From the NCBI GenBank assembly GCA_038496445.1, contig JALMLS010000155.1:1-64000 (forward strand): 64,000 nt of DNA. The letters run 5' to 3'. The notes under the pieces were generated by a model. The model saw only the letters and a program-made list of their open reading frames with translations. It made no database searches and had not been told where the DNA came from. Source of the stretch: Trichosphaerium sp. ATCC 40318 (taxonomy: Eukaryota; Protista; Tubulinea). Numbering within the stretch: position 1 is the stretch's first letter; each line of letters opens with the position of its first letter. Below are positions 13,301 to 27,400 of the stretch, piece by piece. A program made the position numbers and the translations under genes.

Positions 13301-14466
13301 ATATCGTACTGTTTTGTGCTACTACAAGCTGTTTATTTGGTGTTGTGAAAGCAAATGGACTTGTGCTTGCAGAAGATATATGTGGTTTGATAGAACCTAA
13401 ACAAGTTAAGTTTGATAATTTATCCATTTTCCAAAAAAAAAAAATAGTCGGATTCGATTGCTTGAAGAGAACGTACCAGAATTGACATCTATGAAATTAT
13501 ACTCCCTCTTCAAACCTACACATAGTGACTGTCCACACCACCGAACAGTTTTCGCGAGATCTGGCATGGAGAGTTCCTCAACAAGTGTAAGAAAAAATAA
13601 AATGAAGTATTTTTGTTATAGGCATACCTTCCAGTCTGAAAACTGTAATGTGTTACGATCAAATCTGTACAAATATAACTTTCGTTTAACACATGCGCAA
13701 AGCCTGAATTCTCCACTTTCCGATACATCATGTGCGTAAAGGTGACAATTCCTTGTTTTTTGAACTTGATGTAACAATTTTAAGCTAGGCAACTCATGCA
13801 CTTGAACACAATTCGCTAGAAGTAGAACGTAAGTCATCAATAAACTCTTGAACATAATTAAAAAGTATACATGACGCAAATCATCAAAAAGAAGTAAAAA
13901 AAAAGATTTAAGTTATGCATAAAGCACGTGACATAATAAACAGCCAAAATCAAAAAAAAAATCAAAAAAAAGTTTCGTTTTCGTACAAGACCGTGTTAGC
14001 ATATACTCAGTTCCTTTAAACTTTACAATGTCTATCTGATTAATAGGCTTCTTAGAGAATCCTTTTTGTGATATTACAAGGCTGAGTGTGAACGCCTTGT
14101 CGGATCCTATAAAAAGTTTAACAATTTTTGGAACTGTGCACTTGGTGACGGAAATAATTAGTTGGTATCGCGTCAATTTGATCGAGCGGTGCTTTAGAAC
14201 GCGTGGAGAAATACGTACGAGGATCACTCTTGGCTTCGTACTTGTACATGAGTAAATGACCCTCAAAGGTTCCCACAACGAGTAACGTTACGCCTTCTTG
14301 CTCTAAGGGGTGGTTGTTAATGAGTGTTAGAGTTTAGTACGCATTTACCCCAACATGCTATTGACTCAATTTTCAGGGGATGTCTAGCGATAATCTGCTC
14401 TGTAGCGAACGCGATGTGAGTCTAGAAAGCGTTAAAAGCGAAAGAACTTTCTATTCGCCTTACCAT
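10303..14466 (-). CDS. VPS39: Vps39/Vam6 HOPS subunit (CNH domain, clathrin-type repeat, Vps39_2 C-terminus), ~20 exons
   Basis: Exons CACVKRKLYLY, ELFSQEKVDPLQVIGLFP, IQYLEFLV...EIHNELA, ERAILFSRIGQHESAL, KDVYLSLLKVY and TAFVRYPNG splice in frame throughout (one ambiguous acceptor near 11466-11474). Confidence 0.9.
11104..11164 (-). other. U12-type (minor spliceosome) GT-AG intron in VPS39
   Basis: 5' GTATCCTCT, branch-like TTCGTTTAAC 7 nt before GAG. Removal restores AAEK/YCAE. Confidence 0.75.
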
Positions 14467-14701
14467 GCTGCCTAAATCGTAGTACGTGTATTTAGGGCAG
14501 AATCACGAATGTAAATGCTTTGGTTTGATTATACTTTTGAAATGTCAGCTTCCTTGGCTGTGGAAGGTGTTATTGTGTACCAATTGTAAAACAATCAGCC
14601 GCTTCTGTTTTAGACACCGTAATCAAGAAGCCAACTGACTGTGTTTTACTTTTTTTGATCGTTTGCCATTTTTTTCAGTTTCTAACGTTTTAAATCACGC
14701 A

Positions 14702-15498
14702 ATGGCCAGTAAAAATGACAATGAAATAACTGCAGAGGCACTTCAATACATACAACAGCTTTGGGACAAAGTACAACGACTGATACATACAAAAATGCGC
14801 TAATAGCAAACGTAGCTCGCTCAAGAGCACCTGGAGATGAATAGTAAAAAACTAGGGGATGCCATCCCTGAAATCAAACAAGGAGTTCTTCAATTTCTTA
14901 TGCAAGTGTTGGGAAGCGATTTTAACAGAGACCTTTGTGGCGGTACGAATTAGCGGTTATTTTTGTTTGTCGTCTTTTTGGTCTTGCGCCTGTTTATACG
15001 CTGTTTCGCTTATATACGCGTAGATCTATACGAACCTTATAATCCTGAGCTGGAAAATAGAGTAAGAGAGCTTGAAATACAGCTAAAAGAGGTCGTAGAT
15101 AAGTTACAAACGCAACGGTGCGTAATCTACAATTTAAAACGCCTCCTGACCATTCTCCAGTGAAGAAAACCCAAAACTGGTTTTGGCTAAACAGGCGGCA
15201 AAATTCGAAAAATGGCGCGAGGCAGTGAGAGTAGAGGATCCGTTGGAAATTGACGAACAGGCAAGCCTTTTTATACAAGTTTCAGCCAAAAATATTTGTT
15301 TATGAACAGAGAATCTCACTACTTACACTAATGACTCAGGCACCTCCACTGGCTGAATGCGCTAAAATTAACGAGTCTCTCAACGCACTTTTATCCTGTC
15401 ATGGCGACGTACAGAAAGGATTTGATGAAAATAAGGAAAAACTCAAACGCATCCGCGATCACCTTGACAGTGGTAAATCACCACGCGCTAAAAAGTGA
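14702..15498 (+). CDS. Probable kinetochore Mis12-complex subunit Nsl1/Mis14
   Basis: Spliced protein contains EPYNPELENRVRELEIQLKEVVDKLQTQREENP, resembling the Nsl1/Mis14 EP(F/Y)D..L..RV..L.....R..P signature. Small coiled-coil protein. Confidence 0.55.
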
Positions 15499-15853
15499 GT
15501 ACAAGACAAAAAAAACTAAAATTTCGAAAAACAAATCTAATCGAAGGTCTCTTTAGGCGACAAAAAAACAGATCTTGAGAGCAAAGAATTTTAAGATCAA
15601 AAACGGAAAACTGTATTTTTAGCGAGTGTTTTGTACATAAACAACAAGATTTTTTTATGCAAGTCTCGTTGGTAGTTCTCTCAAGGAGTACATCTGCACT
15701 TTCCGTTGGTCGTATTACAATAACATGCGCACTACTCCACACAAAGACGAAATAAGCTGACTTTTCAAATTGCGAAAAAAAACAGTAGAAGCAGGTAGTT
15801 GAAGGGCCGTGCAAGCTTTTATTTAGCGGCAGAGGGATTTCATCGTTACCCAT

Positions 15854-16560
15854 TTATCCGCAAGTAGTTGTCGTAGGTGTAGAGCAATACTCTGGCGTTA
15901 CAAATAGAGCTGGGTCTTGAGGACCTACAATGACATCGAAGAAGTCAGTTGTTCCTGGGTCGTTTGCTTGATTGGGGCTTCGCAAAGGAATTGAATTGTC
16001 GGAATCAAGAGCGTAGTACTGCATGATATGCTCTGGCCTGTCTGGGTCTTGCATTTCCCACAATTGCGACCTTATTCCACGAAACTCGGTTACACCACGA
16101 TATTTGGCGTCGAGGAGTCCTACCCAGTTTGGTGACACTGAGGGGATGTCCCCAGCACGGAAATTACACGCGCGTTCGCCGGGTATTACGAACCAGATGT
16201 CAGTTTTGTTGTTGAACAAGACTGAACATCTAAGGTTCCATGTAGGCTTCTCCACGCCAACGTAGCCAGTATAAAAGTCAAATCGTGAAGCTAGAAACAC
16301 GTGTGAGTTTGGGTTTCCTGTCTAAACAGTCAAAATGTTACCTTGTTGACCCCAGTCGTAGTAGAGCTTAGTCCATTGAATGTTAGAGTTTTCAGTGTTT
16401 GTTTTGGCTAAGGTAGCCGCAAAAGCTGTAGGCCATACAGGAGATGGTGGATCAGCGCTGCAGTACGCCACCAGGCATGTCAGGAATAACACTAAGACCT
16501 ACTAGGATTACAAAGGCCTAAGGATACAAAAAACTTGCAAGACGTAGTAAGGGTAATCAT
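15854..16560 (-). CDS. Secreted ependymin-related (EPDR-like) protein
   Basis: Signal peptide ...LFLTCLVAYCSA, then PPSPVWPTAF, LYYDWVNK|ASRFDF and C-terminal DFFDVIVGPQDPALFVTPEYC typical of EPDR-like proteins. First intron ambiguous. Confidence 0.6.
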
Positions 16561-16980
16561 GAGAGGTATTAAGAGGTGTTGCCTGTCTTGAAATGGGTTT
16601 GGAATGTTCATTTAAACTTAAATTCAATGTTGAATTTGTCTCTTCCTTAGTGGGCAAAGAACCTTATTTTGGTTTTGTGTGTCGCTTGTAGTATTGCCCG
16701 AGCTTGGTTCAATACAGACTGTGCTATCTAAAACACGTGTTTGAAAGTACTTTCTACGTAATCTCTCAGAAATAAATCAGAAATTCTGTACTCATGTTTC
16801 ATCTGACAAAACACTACAAAAAAAAGTTCTGGAAGCTCGTAAGTTTTTATAAATTCACCTCATATGCAGAATCTGCGTTGAAAACTTGGACATATTATTG
16901 TGATTTTACCAAGTGTTTTATCTGAACACGGGTTTTTGCGATTTGTTGTGCGTAGAAAAACTTTATTTTGAGTGGGTTTT

Positions 16981-18536
16981 TTAGTCCTCTTTGTGAGGTT
17001 TTACAGATCCAATCAAGTGAAGCTTCATTAGGTCCTTACTGCGTAACTCAAAGTCAATTTTATCGTCAGATGTTTTATATAGCATTGTATTAGTGCTTGG
17101 CATGTAAATTGGCATTTTAAACTCAGTAGTGAACTTGTAAGGGAAGTCTGGGAAACCTGTTCCAATATCCTTTTGGAGTTGAGCAAAACAACGTTGCATG
17201 GCCCATAAACCGTGTACAATAGGGCGTTTATAACCTAAAACAATAATTTAGATATTGTGCAACATGTCAAGGACGTGAACTTAAAAAGTTGAAAATAAAA
17301 AAAAACACAAATCACTGAGAAAAAAAATTGATAAATCAATTTCATAGTTTTCGTACCAACTAGGTTACAGATATATGGAAGATGTTGTAAATTGTAATCT
17401 CCGCTAATTGTGGCGTATTTTGTTGATACATCTTTTGCTACGGCAATAGTAGATTGCTTAAAGGACGATACATCTAAAAATTGAAAAAAAATGTCAGCAA
17501 TGTGTCAAAAATCTAACATAAAAAGAAATCTTACCTGGTTTCTCGTGCTTTTTGCGAGGACCCTTAGTTTTCTTAGGGTATCGTGATAATAACTTCATTG
17601 TTGAATCCCAAACCTTTTCTTTACCAACAAATGCCTACACAATAAGTAAACATGTGATCCGTCCAAAAAAAGAATTTTCTTCTTTGAAAATGTGCCACAG
17701 AAAAAAAAAAAGACGTTTAAGATTTTCTCTCAACAAACGCCTTTTGGTTCTCTATAAAGTATCTGTTGCGTACATCTTGTGTTATTGTAATGATGTAACC
17801 TTTTTCTCCTTTTTCAATATCACCAGTAGAGAACCTCATTTTTAAGTTGAGTTTGTCGGTTGGTTTGATAGCCTATTATTTTAATATAGTGTTAGTTGTC
17901 ACCAATTTCCTTGACAGAGGGCGTACGCGGTAGTAAATATGTTCTTGTTTGATGTGTATTAAAGCCATTGGACTAATTGGCCAGTCGCGACGAGTGACAA
18001 GTTGTGGGATTGTACGAAACCACAAGACGTCGAGGTAGCATACAGGTACTGTTCTATGCGTAGTATGAGACAACAGTTGATTTTAAATTGTACTTTTGGT
18101 AAATAGCGTACAATTTATCTGAAGATACTTCACAGATCTTGTTGTAAGCGCGCAAGTTGTTCTCTTCGATTCTACAATGTTTTAGCCAAATGTTCGCAAA
18201 TATGAAAACAAACGATAAGGTTCGCGTAAGCGGTATTGTAGGTATGGTTTTGTTGACAAAACATTGTTTTTCGTACTTTGCTGTTTTAATTACGATATTG
18301 GTGGCTATGTCCTTCTTTTCTGCGCCAGGTAGCAATTTTCCTTCACTCTTGAGTGTACCATGAAGAATCACGCGTAGAGCAACTGTAAAGATGGAAGGTA
18401 CATCTTTTACGTCATTGTAGGTTACATCCCCGCCTTTTAGCGTTTGTTTGGCGATCAGTTTCTTTTCGTTCATCCAGCGCCTAACGAACCAGATCACCAA
18501 TGCGCTCACGGCAATACCAAAAATAAGACCTAACAT
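16981..18536 (-). CDS. MaoC/PhaJ-like hot-dog acyl dehydratase with N-terminal membrane anchor
   Basis: Spliced motif YATISGDYNLQHL...GYKRPIVHGLWAM and EFKMPIYMP; hydrophobic N-terminus MLGLIFGIAVSALVIWFV. Confidence 0.8.
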
Positions 18537-18973
18537 GTTGTATGCAACAGGAGGCAGGTGATTACTTTTGAGTTAAGTGCTTGAGCTGTTTTTTTCACAT
18601 TTTTTTGTTCACACTTTTACGTGTCGAGCAAGAAGCATTTGTACAAGTGTAATGGCTATGCAATGCGTATGCACGTGTTCACAAGCAGGTAAAAAAAAAC
18701 GTGGTGCAACCGATAGTACCATCAAGTTAATCAACTAAACAGTACGTGCTCTTGCGCTGTCATAGTCTTGTCATGGTGTACTTAAGCGCTCAAGTAGTTG
18801 TCACTACAATTTTGATGATAGTGCTATTATAGAAAGTCTCTTCGTTACCGCCTATCAGCCTTGGTTCAACAAAACAAACGACTTACTTTAAAAGTACAAG
18901 ATTTTTTATTTATAATACATGATGGGTAAAAACACGTGCGCCAATGACGGTAAGCAAGAAAAATAAGATACCC

Positions 18974-19663
18974 TCAGCTTGTAGGAATAAGGAGTACATC
19001 ATGATCAATGATTTCTTGGTTGTCACCTTCACTCAAAGTTGAAAGCTCTGTAACTTTTTGTCCGAGATCATGTATGTGTTTCAGTTTCGTTTGTAATTGT
19101 GCAACCACCGTTTTTAACCTTTTGTTATCTTGTTTTAAATCATTATTTTCATTCTGTAAGTCCTGAGCCTTTCGCTTGGTGCCTTTGTTGGCTTCCACTT
19201 GTTGTTCCAGGTTTATTATTTTACCGGCCATCTCTGTAAGCGCCGCACTGACGAGATCCTAGGGTACGCGTGAGTAAGGCTAAACTAGCCATCCAAATAC
19301 GAGAGGTTGCGTTTGTTCTTTTTTGTTACAAGTTTTGTATTTGCCTCAAAAAATAATACAGTGGTTCTATTCGCGCGGGCCGTACCCATAACGCAGAGGT
19401 TGTAAAAATCTTTTTTGACTAAAACCCAAACCGAAAAAAGCAAACAAGCGTAGGATACGCCTACATTACGTTGGTCCATTCGCGCGGGCCAAACCCATAA
19501 CGCAGAGCAACAATAACGTAGCCACATCATAAACCGCTCTCGCACGTACTTTTAATGATGAAGTAGCATCAAATTGAGGTTTTAGCTCTTGTATATACTT
19601 TTTTGCAAGCGTTCTCGTTTTTTTTGCATGTGAAGCTTCTCTACCGTTTGGAGAAGTTGCCAT
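18974..19663 (-). CDS. Hypothetical coiled-coil protein; splicing unresolved
   Basis: Protein-like exons MATSPNG...SSLK and a C-terminal heptad stretch QDLQNENNDLKQDNKRLK. Confidence 0.45.
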
Positions 19664-21996
19664 TTGGGTATAAAACAATATTAAATGAACAGTTGTGAAT
19701 TTTGAAAAAAAAGGCGCCAAAACGCGAAAAAAACAAGCAACAAGTCAAACAGATTACGCACAACCGAAGTTAGAAGAGAAAATTGGTCGGATCATTGAGA
19801 CTTCGTTAAGAGTACCGTATTTTTGTGGTTTTCAATCATAACTGTTTGGCATTTATGAAACTGACACATGTCTCAATAGTGGTGCTTAGCTCGTTGCTGC
19901 GATGGATGAGATACAACATAAACGAAATGATCATATCTTGTTTGCACTAGTCAATACAACGCTCACGTATGACATGATCTGCGGTCTAGCGTAACGTGTT
20001 CATTCGATATACCTTTCTTATTGTTATTGACTACAGTCAATAATGGCATACTTCTATTGTTCACAACGAGTGTGGCAGTGGAGTCACGTTGCAATTTCTA
20101 GAATTTTCAAATAGATTGTTTCGAATCACTATTTAATCCAGCAAGTTGTCATCTCATTACGTACTTGGTGACAGTAGTATTATGTTAAAAGTACTTATTG
20201 GCGGTTGTATTTCGACATTAGCATTTAATTGTCAATGGTTTGTGGTCATTTTGCATTAATTGCAAGCGTCTCTGGTTTCTATGACTCCGTTCATGGTTGT
20301 TACATATTTTAAACTACCAAGAGCAAATTCAGCTTCACTACTGCAACAGGCGGCTGTATGCACGAAAATAAAGACAAGATGCCTACAGGGATAGAAAAAT
20401 GCGTATTCAAGCGTTGTTACCAGTTTTAGAATTATCGGCAGCCTTCCTTGGATAACTACACTGAGTATCGATGATTGTAGTGTTAGTGACATACAGTAAC
20501 ATTGATGACTGCAACAGACTTTTTTGTAGCGTTACATTACAACGCTAATGTCGCGAATCAGAGCTTTCATTACCTTCCATACGTTGTACCACAATACAGA
20601 GTATTTAACACGAAAGAAGTACTAAACAACGTCTTGGATAATGGCAACACAATGTAGACATGCCAGTAAACGCTGTCAAGAACTTACTCTCGAAAGGTGC
20701 GTACTTATGAGTTCTTACGCGATGCTCGTTTTTTTATTTTTTGGCAGCTAACACTTAGGCAGCATTCAGTTCTTCATTGAAGTAGAAGGCAACGTCAGGT
20801 GTAAACATACACAAAAGATCGTTTGAAGCGTTTTGCTGATGAAGCGTTTAATGATTAACAGTACATACGATGTACGTAGTATCCATGCGGTTTTTGTCAA
20901 AGCTCCCTTAAAAGAAATCTACAACCAGGCTTGTTAAAATGGCTGAAAATCGTACCACGCACACGCACACACGATGCTATTTATTACAAAGGCATCATTT
21001 AGTTTTTCTAATGGGCCTTCTTAGTCGTTTAAGATTTGTTAATCCATGATTTGTGTCTACAACCTTATTAAATGTTCTAAAAGGCACGTCACGTGACTGA
21101 TTACCTTTTTTTGTCAAAAAGGAAAACTTGCATAGTTTACGTTACAACCAACTCAAAAACGATTTTCTACGCCAAAACAATTAAGGGCTTAGTTTTTGCA
21201 AAAAATTTAAGCTTTCCTCAACGAGACATGTCACGTCAAAATGTCATGTGACACTTTCGCATTTTGTTTGAAAAACCTTGGAAGGAGCGCAATTTGAGAA
21301 AAAAAACCTTCAGTGCGCATGTAATTTTTCAAACGAGAAAATAAGACATCAAACTTTTTGTGAAGTTGCAAAACTGCGAAATCTTGAAAAAAGTAAAAAC
21401 GCAACGAGTTTTTACCTCATTTCATATTTTTTATCTTCCTTTAATCGTCAACAAACCAATACCAATGCGATTGACGCCATCCGTCTTATACCTAACTAAT
21501 GATTGCTTGATTTAGATTTAATCGCACTTAATATCACTTTAACGGACGTGGAGTTATAGAAGTAAACGTCGAAACTATTCTTTTATTATCAAATCAATTT
21601 TTGGCCTTTGTTTTACAATGACAAAGTACGATTTGATTTTGAAGGCTTCAACACATTTTATTTGCATTAAATACGTACGGCAATGCGTTAATGTTGAACA
21701 TATACCTTATGTAAACCAATAAATACAAGAATTAATAAGTTTAGGCGTTGCCAAACTGATTGATTCCTCACAGCTTTCACGGTTATTACAAACGCAATCT
21801 GTTTGTAATATTGAGGTCCCAAAGGTATTTATAGTTAAAATAAAGGCTCAAAAACATTTGCTACTTGTATTGTCATAAAACTAACGTAGCGTTGTATTGG
21901 AGGAATACTATATGACGTTTCTCTGTGGCCAAAAGCTATTCGGGAGGTTAAGTAGACTTATTTCTTTTTGTAGAACAAAAATATCAGTTTAAAACG

Positions 21997-22412
21997 ATGC
22001 TAACACGCTCCAAAACGCGTTCTCAGTCCAATGGAGAAGATGGTTTTCAGCCAGAGCGAAATGGCGTCTATACTGTTGGAAATGAGCGCTGTCGGTTGTG
22101 TACGTACCCTACCTTACAACATAACAACACGTGTGTTGTAACATCTCGTTTTTTTTTTAATCTGTACGGTTCCTAACTTTTGTTTCTTCTAAAGTTGGTG
22201 AGTTTCGCTTGGGCGATGTGGTAACTTGTTCTAAAGAGTGTGTACAGGTGGGGTCGGCTTATTTTGCTGCGAGTGTCGGACCTTTTGGTGTGTATCAGCT
22301 TGAAGAGAAACAGACAACAGCTCTGAGCGCCCATATTGATGTTTTTTACAGGGGACGCAACGCTCCTGCCCATGCTTATATTAACGTATACCCACCTCGT
22401 TACGAAGTGTAA
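21997..22412 (+). CDS. Hypothetical protein, 2 exons
   Basis: MLTRSKTRSQ...CRL|FGEFRLGDVV...YEV*, joined in frame by a GTACGT...AAG intron. Confidence 0.55.
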
Positions 22413-23353
22413 ATGGTGAACAACAAAGCGGCCACGAAATGCACTGCGCGTGCTATTATGTGTACATGAACGTTGTGTTTATATATGATTACAAATAAAG
22501 TAGTTCAGAATGAAAACCCTCTAAACTCCGACACGTTTTTATAAGTTCACTTATACACGAACACAGACTAATAAAGTATTCTCAGAGGTATAAGATTAGA
22601 TTTCGTCTTCATTTAGTTTGCGGTCAGCACTTTACAAATAAAGAAAGTGAGGTTTTACAATTTCGAATTGAGTACCATGTTTATCACACCATAAAAGGCT
22701 CCATTTTTATAGGATTCTAAACGTTTACCACGTGTTTTAAGGGCACAACTTTTACTTTGTATACCTGGTAGCATTTACAAAGTAACGTTGAAAAATTACG
22801 ACACTGTCAATGAGATTTTAGAAGATGTTCAAAGCTTCCCTAGTATAGATCTATAACGAATCTATAACTGCAAAGTGCTGTTTTTCGACCAATTTTGTGT
22901 CCTCCATTAGGTTTCCATAGACCAAATAGTATTGGTGTTGCAAGCTACTATTACACTAGTACAACCTGTACATGGTTTGGCGTTAAACGCCAAACCTATG
23001 TACATTACCAGTACTATCCCAGCGTTTGCCATTTTGCAAGTCGATGGATTGATTTTTGTTTTTCCACATGCCGAGATGCGACAGAGTAGCCTTATTACGC
23101 CCTGATGTTGGCCTGACACCTGTGTCCAAAGCTTTATTTAAAACGTGCTAATCTTGAAAGCAAAACTAGCAATACTGATGCCAATAGGGCACTCTTTCAT
23201 CATTATTTGAGTGAGTAGCCTTTTGTTGATCGACTTTATGGTTATTCCATCAAACTGTAAAGGTCAACTCTTTCCATTTTACTTACCTCCAAAAGTAACA
23301 TTTTTGCGTATTGTTGTGATATTACAACAATAGGCGGCAGTGATAGATTCATG

Positions 23354-23639
23354 GTAATTCTCCAACACGTAACTCTTACAACCGATCACCAATGCGTGAT
23401 TACTATGATACAGACAGGCTATCTTCAAGACGTACCTACAATCTCGTCAAGATCGAAGGTATAAAGATCAATACCACAGCAGACGTCGCAATTACAATGG
23501 TGGCTATAATAGGTACTCACAAAGGGATCGTCAATATGATCGTGATTCCTCAAGAAGGCATGTGTATACACAAAGGTACCACCGAAGAGATGATGTCAAG
23601 CGTAGACAACGAAATGAAAAAGATGACAGGAATGATAAA
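23354..23639 (+). pseudogene. Detached copy of the RS-rich tail exon of the gene at 50233-55620
   Basis: Near-identical inverted copy of 50284-50567 with a 2-nt insertion (TACAATCTCGTC vs TACAATCGTC) and several substitutions. Confidence 0.85.
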
Positions 23640-24498
23640 AGACGTAGTCCAAAAAAAGAGAAAGAAGAGAATGAAAAAAAAGCCAATGACTTGTAAAAAC
23701 AAGACTAACATACCATGTTTGTTTAGTATATTAGTTTCTTTGCTAACATGAGCAATCAATTATTCGTTGGGCTTCTATTGTGCTGTAAGTTGAAGAGAAG
23801 CTCAGAAAAGTAAATAAAAATGCCTACAAGTTTTATATTTAGCACTTGAACACCAAGTTTGTTTTTATTTCGTGTTTTGTCAAGAAGTGCTTGGCGCCTT
23901 AGAAAAAAACCTATTTTAAATATGTTTGTTTATACTGCAACAATAAACACAGCTCCTCCAGATTATCAAGAATCCATACTAAGGTTTTAGAATACTGGAT
24001 ATTGAGAGAAGAAAATTTGTTAACATAAACGACAAACGGAGAAGAAAGTGTAGTTTTCAATTTTTGGTAACAAAAGGAATGTGCACTTGTTCCTTTCTTC
24101 CCCCCAAGCGCTGTTTGAAGCAAAAGGATTAGATGTGAAAGGAGCACTTGCAATTGAATGTGATCTTGTCAAAGACTCTTGAAACCACAGAAGCTTATGG
24201 AACTGTGTATGACGCAGTAGGCGTGAGGCCTTGTTTTGAACAAAACTATGTAAGTAAATAAAGAGCTGTTGTTTGACAAATGGTGTTAGTGGTGTCGTGT
24301 AAGTCCTGTTGTACTCAATAATTTCAGTGAGTCTATACACTTTGTAGCCTAGTGGTTCACACTCCTCGACAGTGGAAGTGCTAATAAGGAAAATTTCCAA
24401 ATATGTACCATTTGGCCGGAAAACTCGCAGAAATTGGAAAAAATCTACTCCAACTATTCTTGCGTAACTTAAAACAAGGTAATAGCTCCTCTTTAGTA

Positions 24499-27400
24499 AT
24501 GACAGCGTTCTTACGAACGGTTGCTTTGGTCATTAGCTTGTCGTTAGCTTGCTTAGCGTACGATATAGCTTTTGGCGTACAGCCTTGCTATGTGGCGCGT
24601 CAAGCCAGTACGTATTCGCATTTTATCAAAATAAATCAAAACATCAAGCTTAAAACCTCCTCAGTTGTGCCCTCGAGCGCTAATATAGCATGAAAATACG
24701 ATTTCAGGCGTAGATTCTATGTTTACAAGACAGCAAATACATTTTACTTTTTTTTTGGTCAGAAAGGCGTTTTTGAAGATAAAAGAACCGCTATCTTAAG
24801 TCAAACTTGAATTCACACGCTTTACTTATCGCTTTGCGAATTAATTGTACACTCAGCACGTTTTCATTGCGTTATGACATCATCTAAACGTTTATGTTAA
24901 CGTCAAAAGCAGAGTGCAAGTTTTGCGTCAAATATTGCCAGTTTTCCACATTTGTTGTGTACCACAGAACAACACTATTAGCTCAATTCTTATATCTTCG
25001 TACTTACAATTACTTAGTGAGATTCCATATTGATCCACAAAGCTTTCGTACAAACAACAAAGGATCAGTTATTTACACGTGGCAAAACAAGAGAGCAGTA
25101 ACTGTGGAAAACGACAGCGACATCAAAACTGAGTGGTGTCAAACTATTGTATTCAATGACACCCTGGTATCTGCTGCATATGATGGGGACTTTATTCACG
25201 TTGTATTCCCAGTAGGAATGATAATTGTGTTTTCTTGGTCACCAACTGTAGAAGGTTATGTTAAGCATGTAAGATCAATAACTGTTAATGTAACAGAAGA
25301 CAAAGGAGAAGGTTTTGGAGAGCTTATGGTCGTTGAGAACAATACTACTGCTCTCAAGATAGCTCCAGGTATTGTAGCTTGGTTTAGACTAGGAGAACAC
25401 GATACCCCAAAGATTCTATCAACTCTTATTCCTGAGCCTGTGTTCGTACCAATAACGGATTTGAAGTTGAGTCGAGAAGAAGAAGACGTTGTCTTTATTC
25501 TTGGTGCTTCAAATGCATATCTAGAAGTTGTCTATTGTATGGTAGCTTTCCATGCTTTAGATGGTTCTTTGGCAAGTCCTCCATCAAAGTGCTTTGCTGA
25601 TCGTGAAGCAATACTAGGTAATCTCCTTTTCTTTCTTGTTTTTTTCTTATTCTTATATATTAACTTGTAACTAGTGCAAGGACACAGTACGCCCACGTGT
25701 CCAGAGTGCAACTTGCTTTCTATGATATTAACTCGTATTACACTTGATGGAGGATTAGATAGAATCGTAATAATGGCCGTCAATGGTACTTTCCTAACAG
25801 ACCAGGTGGAATACCCTTTGACAACTGTTGACACTGATACACCAATCATCGGTTATTACGACAAATGTAGTTTATATGAGTACGCTAAAACACACTTCAA
25901 GTACTAGTGTAAGTTGTACTTTATTAATACTGAACCTAGGTTTGATAAGAGCAATGGAGAGTTGTGTATATACGCTCTATCACATACACGTGATGCATAT
26001 AATACTTTGGGTTCATCAATATCCGCAATGAGAGCAGATGGCGTACTGGATTACTCGAAAAGCAGATCTCTATTTCCTAATATATTTGTATATCATGACT
26101 TCCCACTCTTAAGTGCAGCACAAGGTCCCTACACTAATGTTGAATTGGATAATATAGAGTATGTTGAATATAAAGATAGACTGCACATTGAACGAGCAAA
26201 TGCAATATCTAATTTGACATGTCCTGAAGGTACACAACGTAATCCTGATTTAGACTCAATTGTAGTATGCAAACTGTGTCCTTCAGGCACTTACCAACCA
26301 CTCAGAAGTACGTTACTTTTTTTCAAACAAACGCAAGTTCATACACGTGTGGTTGTGTTGAACTTACAAGTCATAATAAGTCCATTTAATTCAGCTTAGA
26401 TAAAACAAGTTGTCGTCCTTGTTCTAAGGAACAATATTGTCCTGGCGGTGTTGTAAAACCACAATTATTAAAGACTCTCAATATATCATACCAACAACTG
26501 TATCCGTTCAAAGAAATGAATCCTGACAGTGTAGATGCAGTGTTTATTACACTACTTTCATCTCCCAAGGGTAGCACACCTTTCTTTGCTTCGGCTGTGT
26601 GTTGCTTAGTGTTGGTGACTTTACTTCTGGTCTTGATATCGATCTACCAGCATTGTAAAGGACAACAAAAGATAGCTATCGTCCTGTTTCAAAAAATAGA
26701 TATGGACAAACAACCAAAACTCATAAGTGGTGAAGTTGGGTTCAAAGGTACTGTTATTGGAGGTGTCATATCTATCGCCATGTTTCTGTTTATTATACTT
26801 GGCGCCGTAGCCGTTATAGATATATATGAAGGATACAAACCTATACCATATGACCTCAATATTGAACCACCAATGAAGCAACTAAACACTGAAAGAAAAA
26901 CAGGACTTTGGCCTATTCAAATGAAACGCAATGATCCCATCTACAACTTTTATGAAAAAAACGAAAGGTACACCTCCCTGCTTATATGATTCGGTCCCAT
27001 ACCTACTAAAAAAAACAGGAATACATCATTGATAGTAAACATAGTATGGCATAACATGAGACATGAGTTTGAAACTGAGGCAATGCTACAACTTGAAGTT
27101 GAAATTGACAGCAAAAGATATTCGAGACAAGACATCTTACGTAAAGCACATGACTTGAGGTAATTAAAATTAAAACCCTTTAAAACGACATTAATAGATA
27201 CTAATGCTATTCAGTTTCACAACTAGTATTCCTGCAACATTCGCACCAAGAACGAATATCTCATTCGCTTTTTTCTCACCTTTTACCAACACAAAGCTAA
27301 CACCTAGACTGGTTAGTTATGACTCTGTTCGTATAAATATAACAAGTACTGGAGCTCATCGTATGTTAGCTGAATATCAGTTACTCCTACCTTTTAACAC

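Noticed and set aside
16499-16527. Possible third U12 intron (minus strand GTATCCTT...TAG) in the ependymin-like gene; removal gives a good signal peptide
   Set aside because: Only 29 nt with no U12 branch motif. A 47-nt GCAAGT...AG intron also restores the frame, so it cannot be decided from sequence.
19700-24400. Short ORFs in gene-poor stretches (e.g. 20256-20492, 21278-21499, 22895-23119, 23911-24400)
   Set aside because: No recognisable motifs or consistent splice chains; expected by chance.
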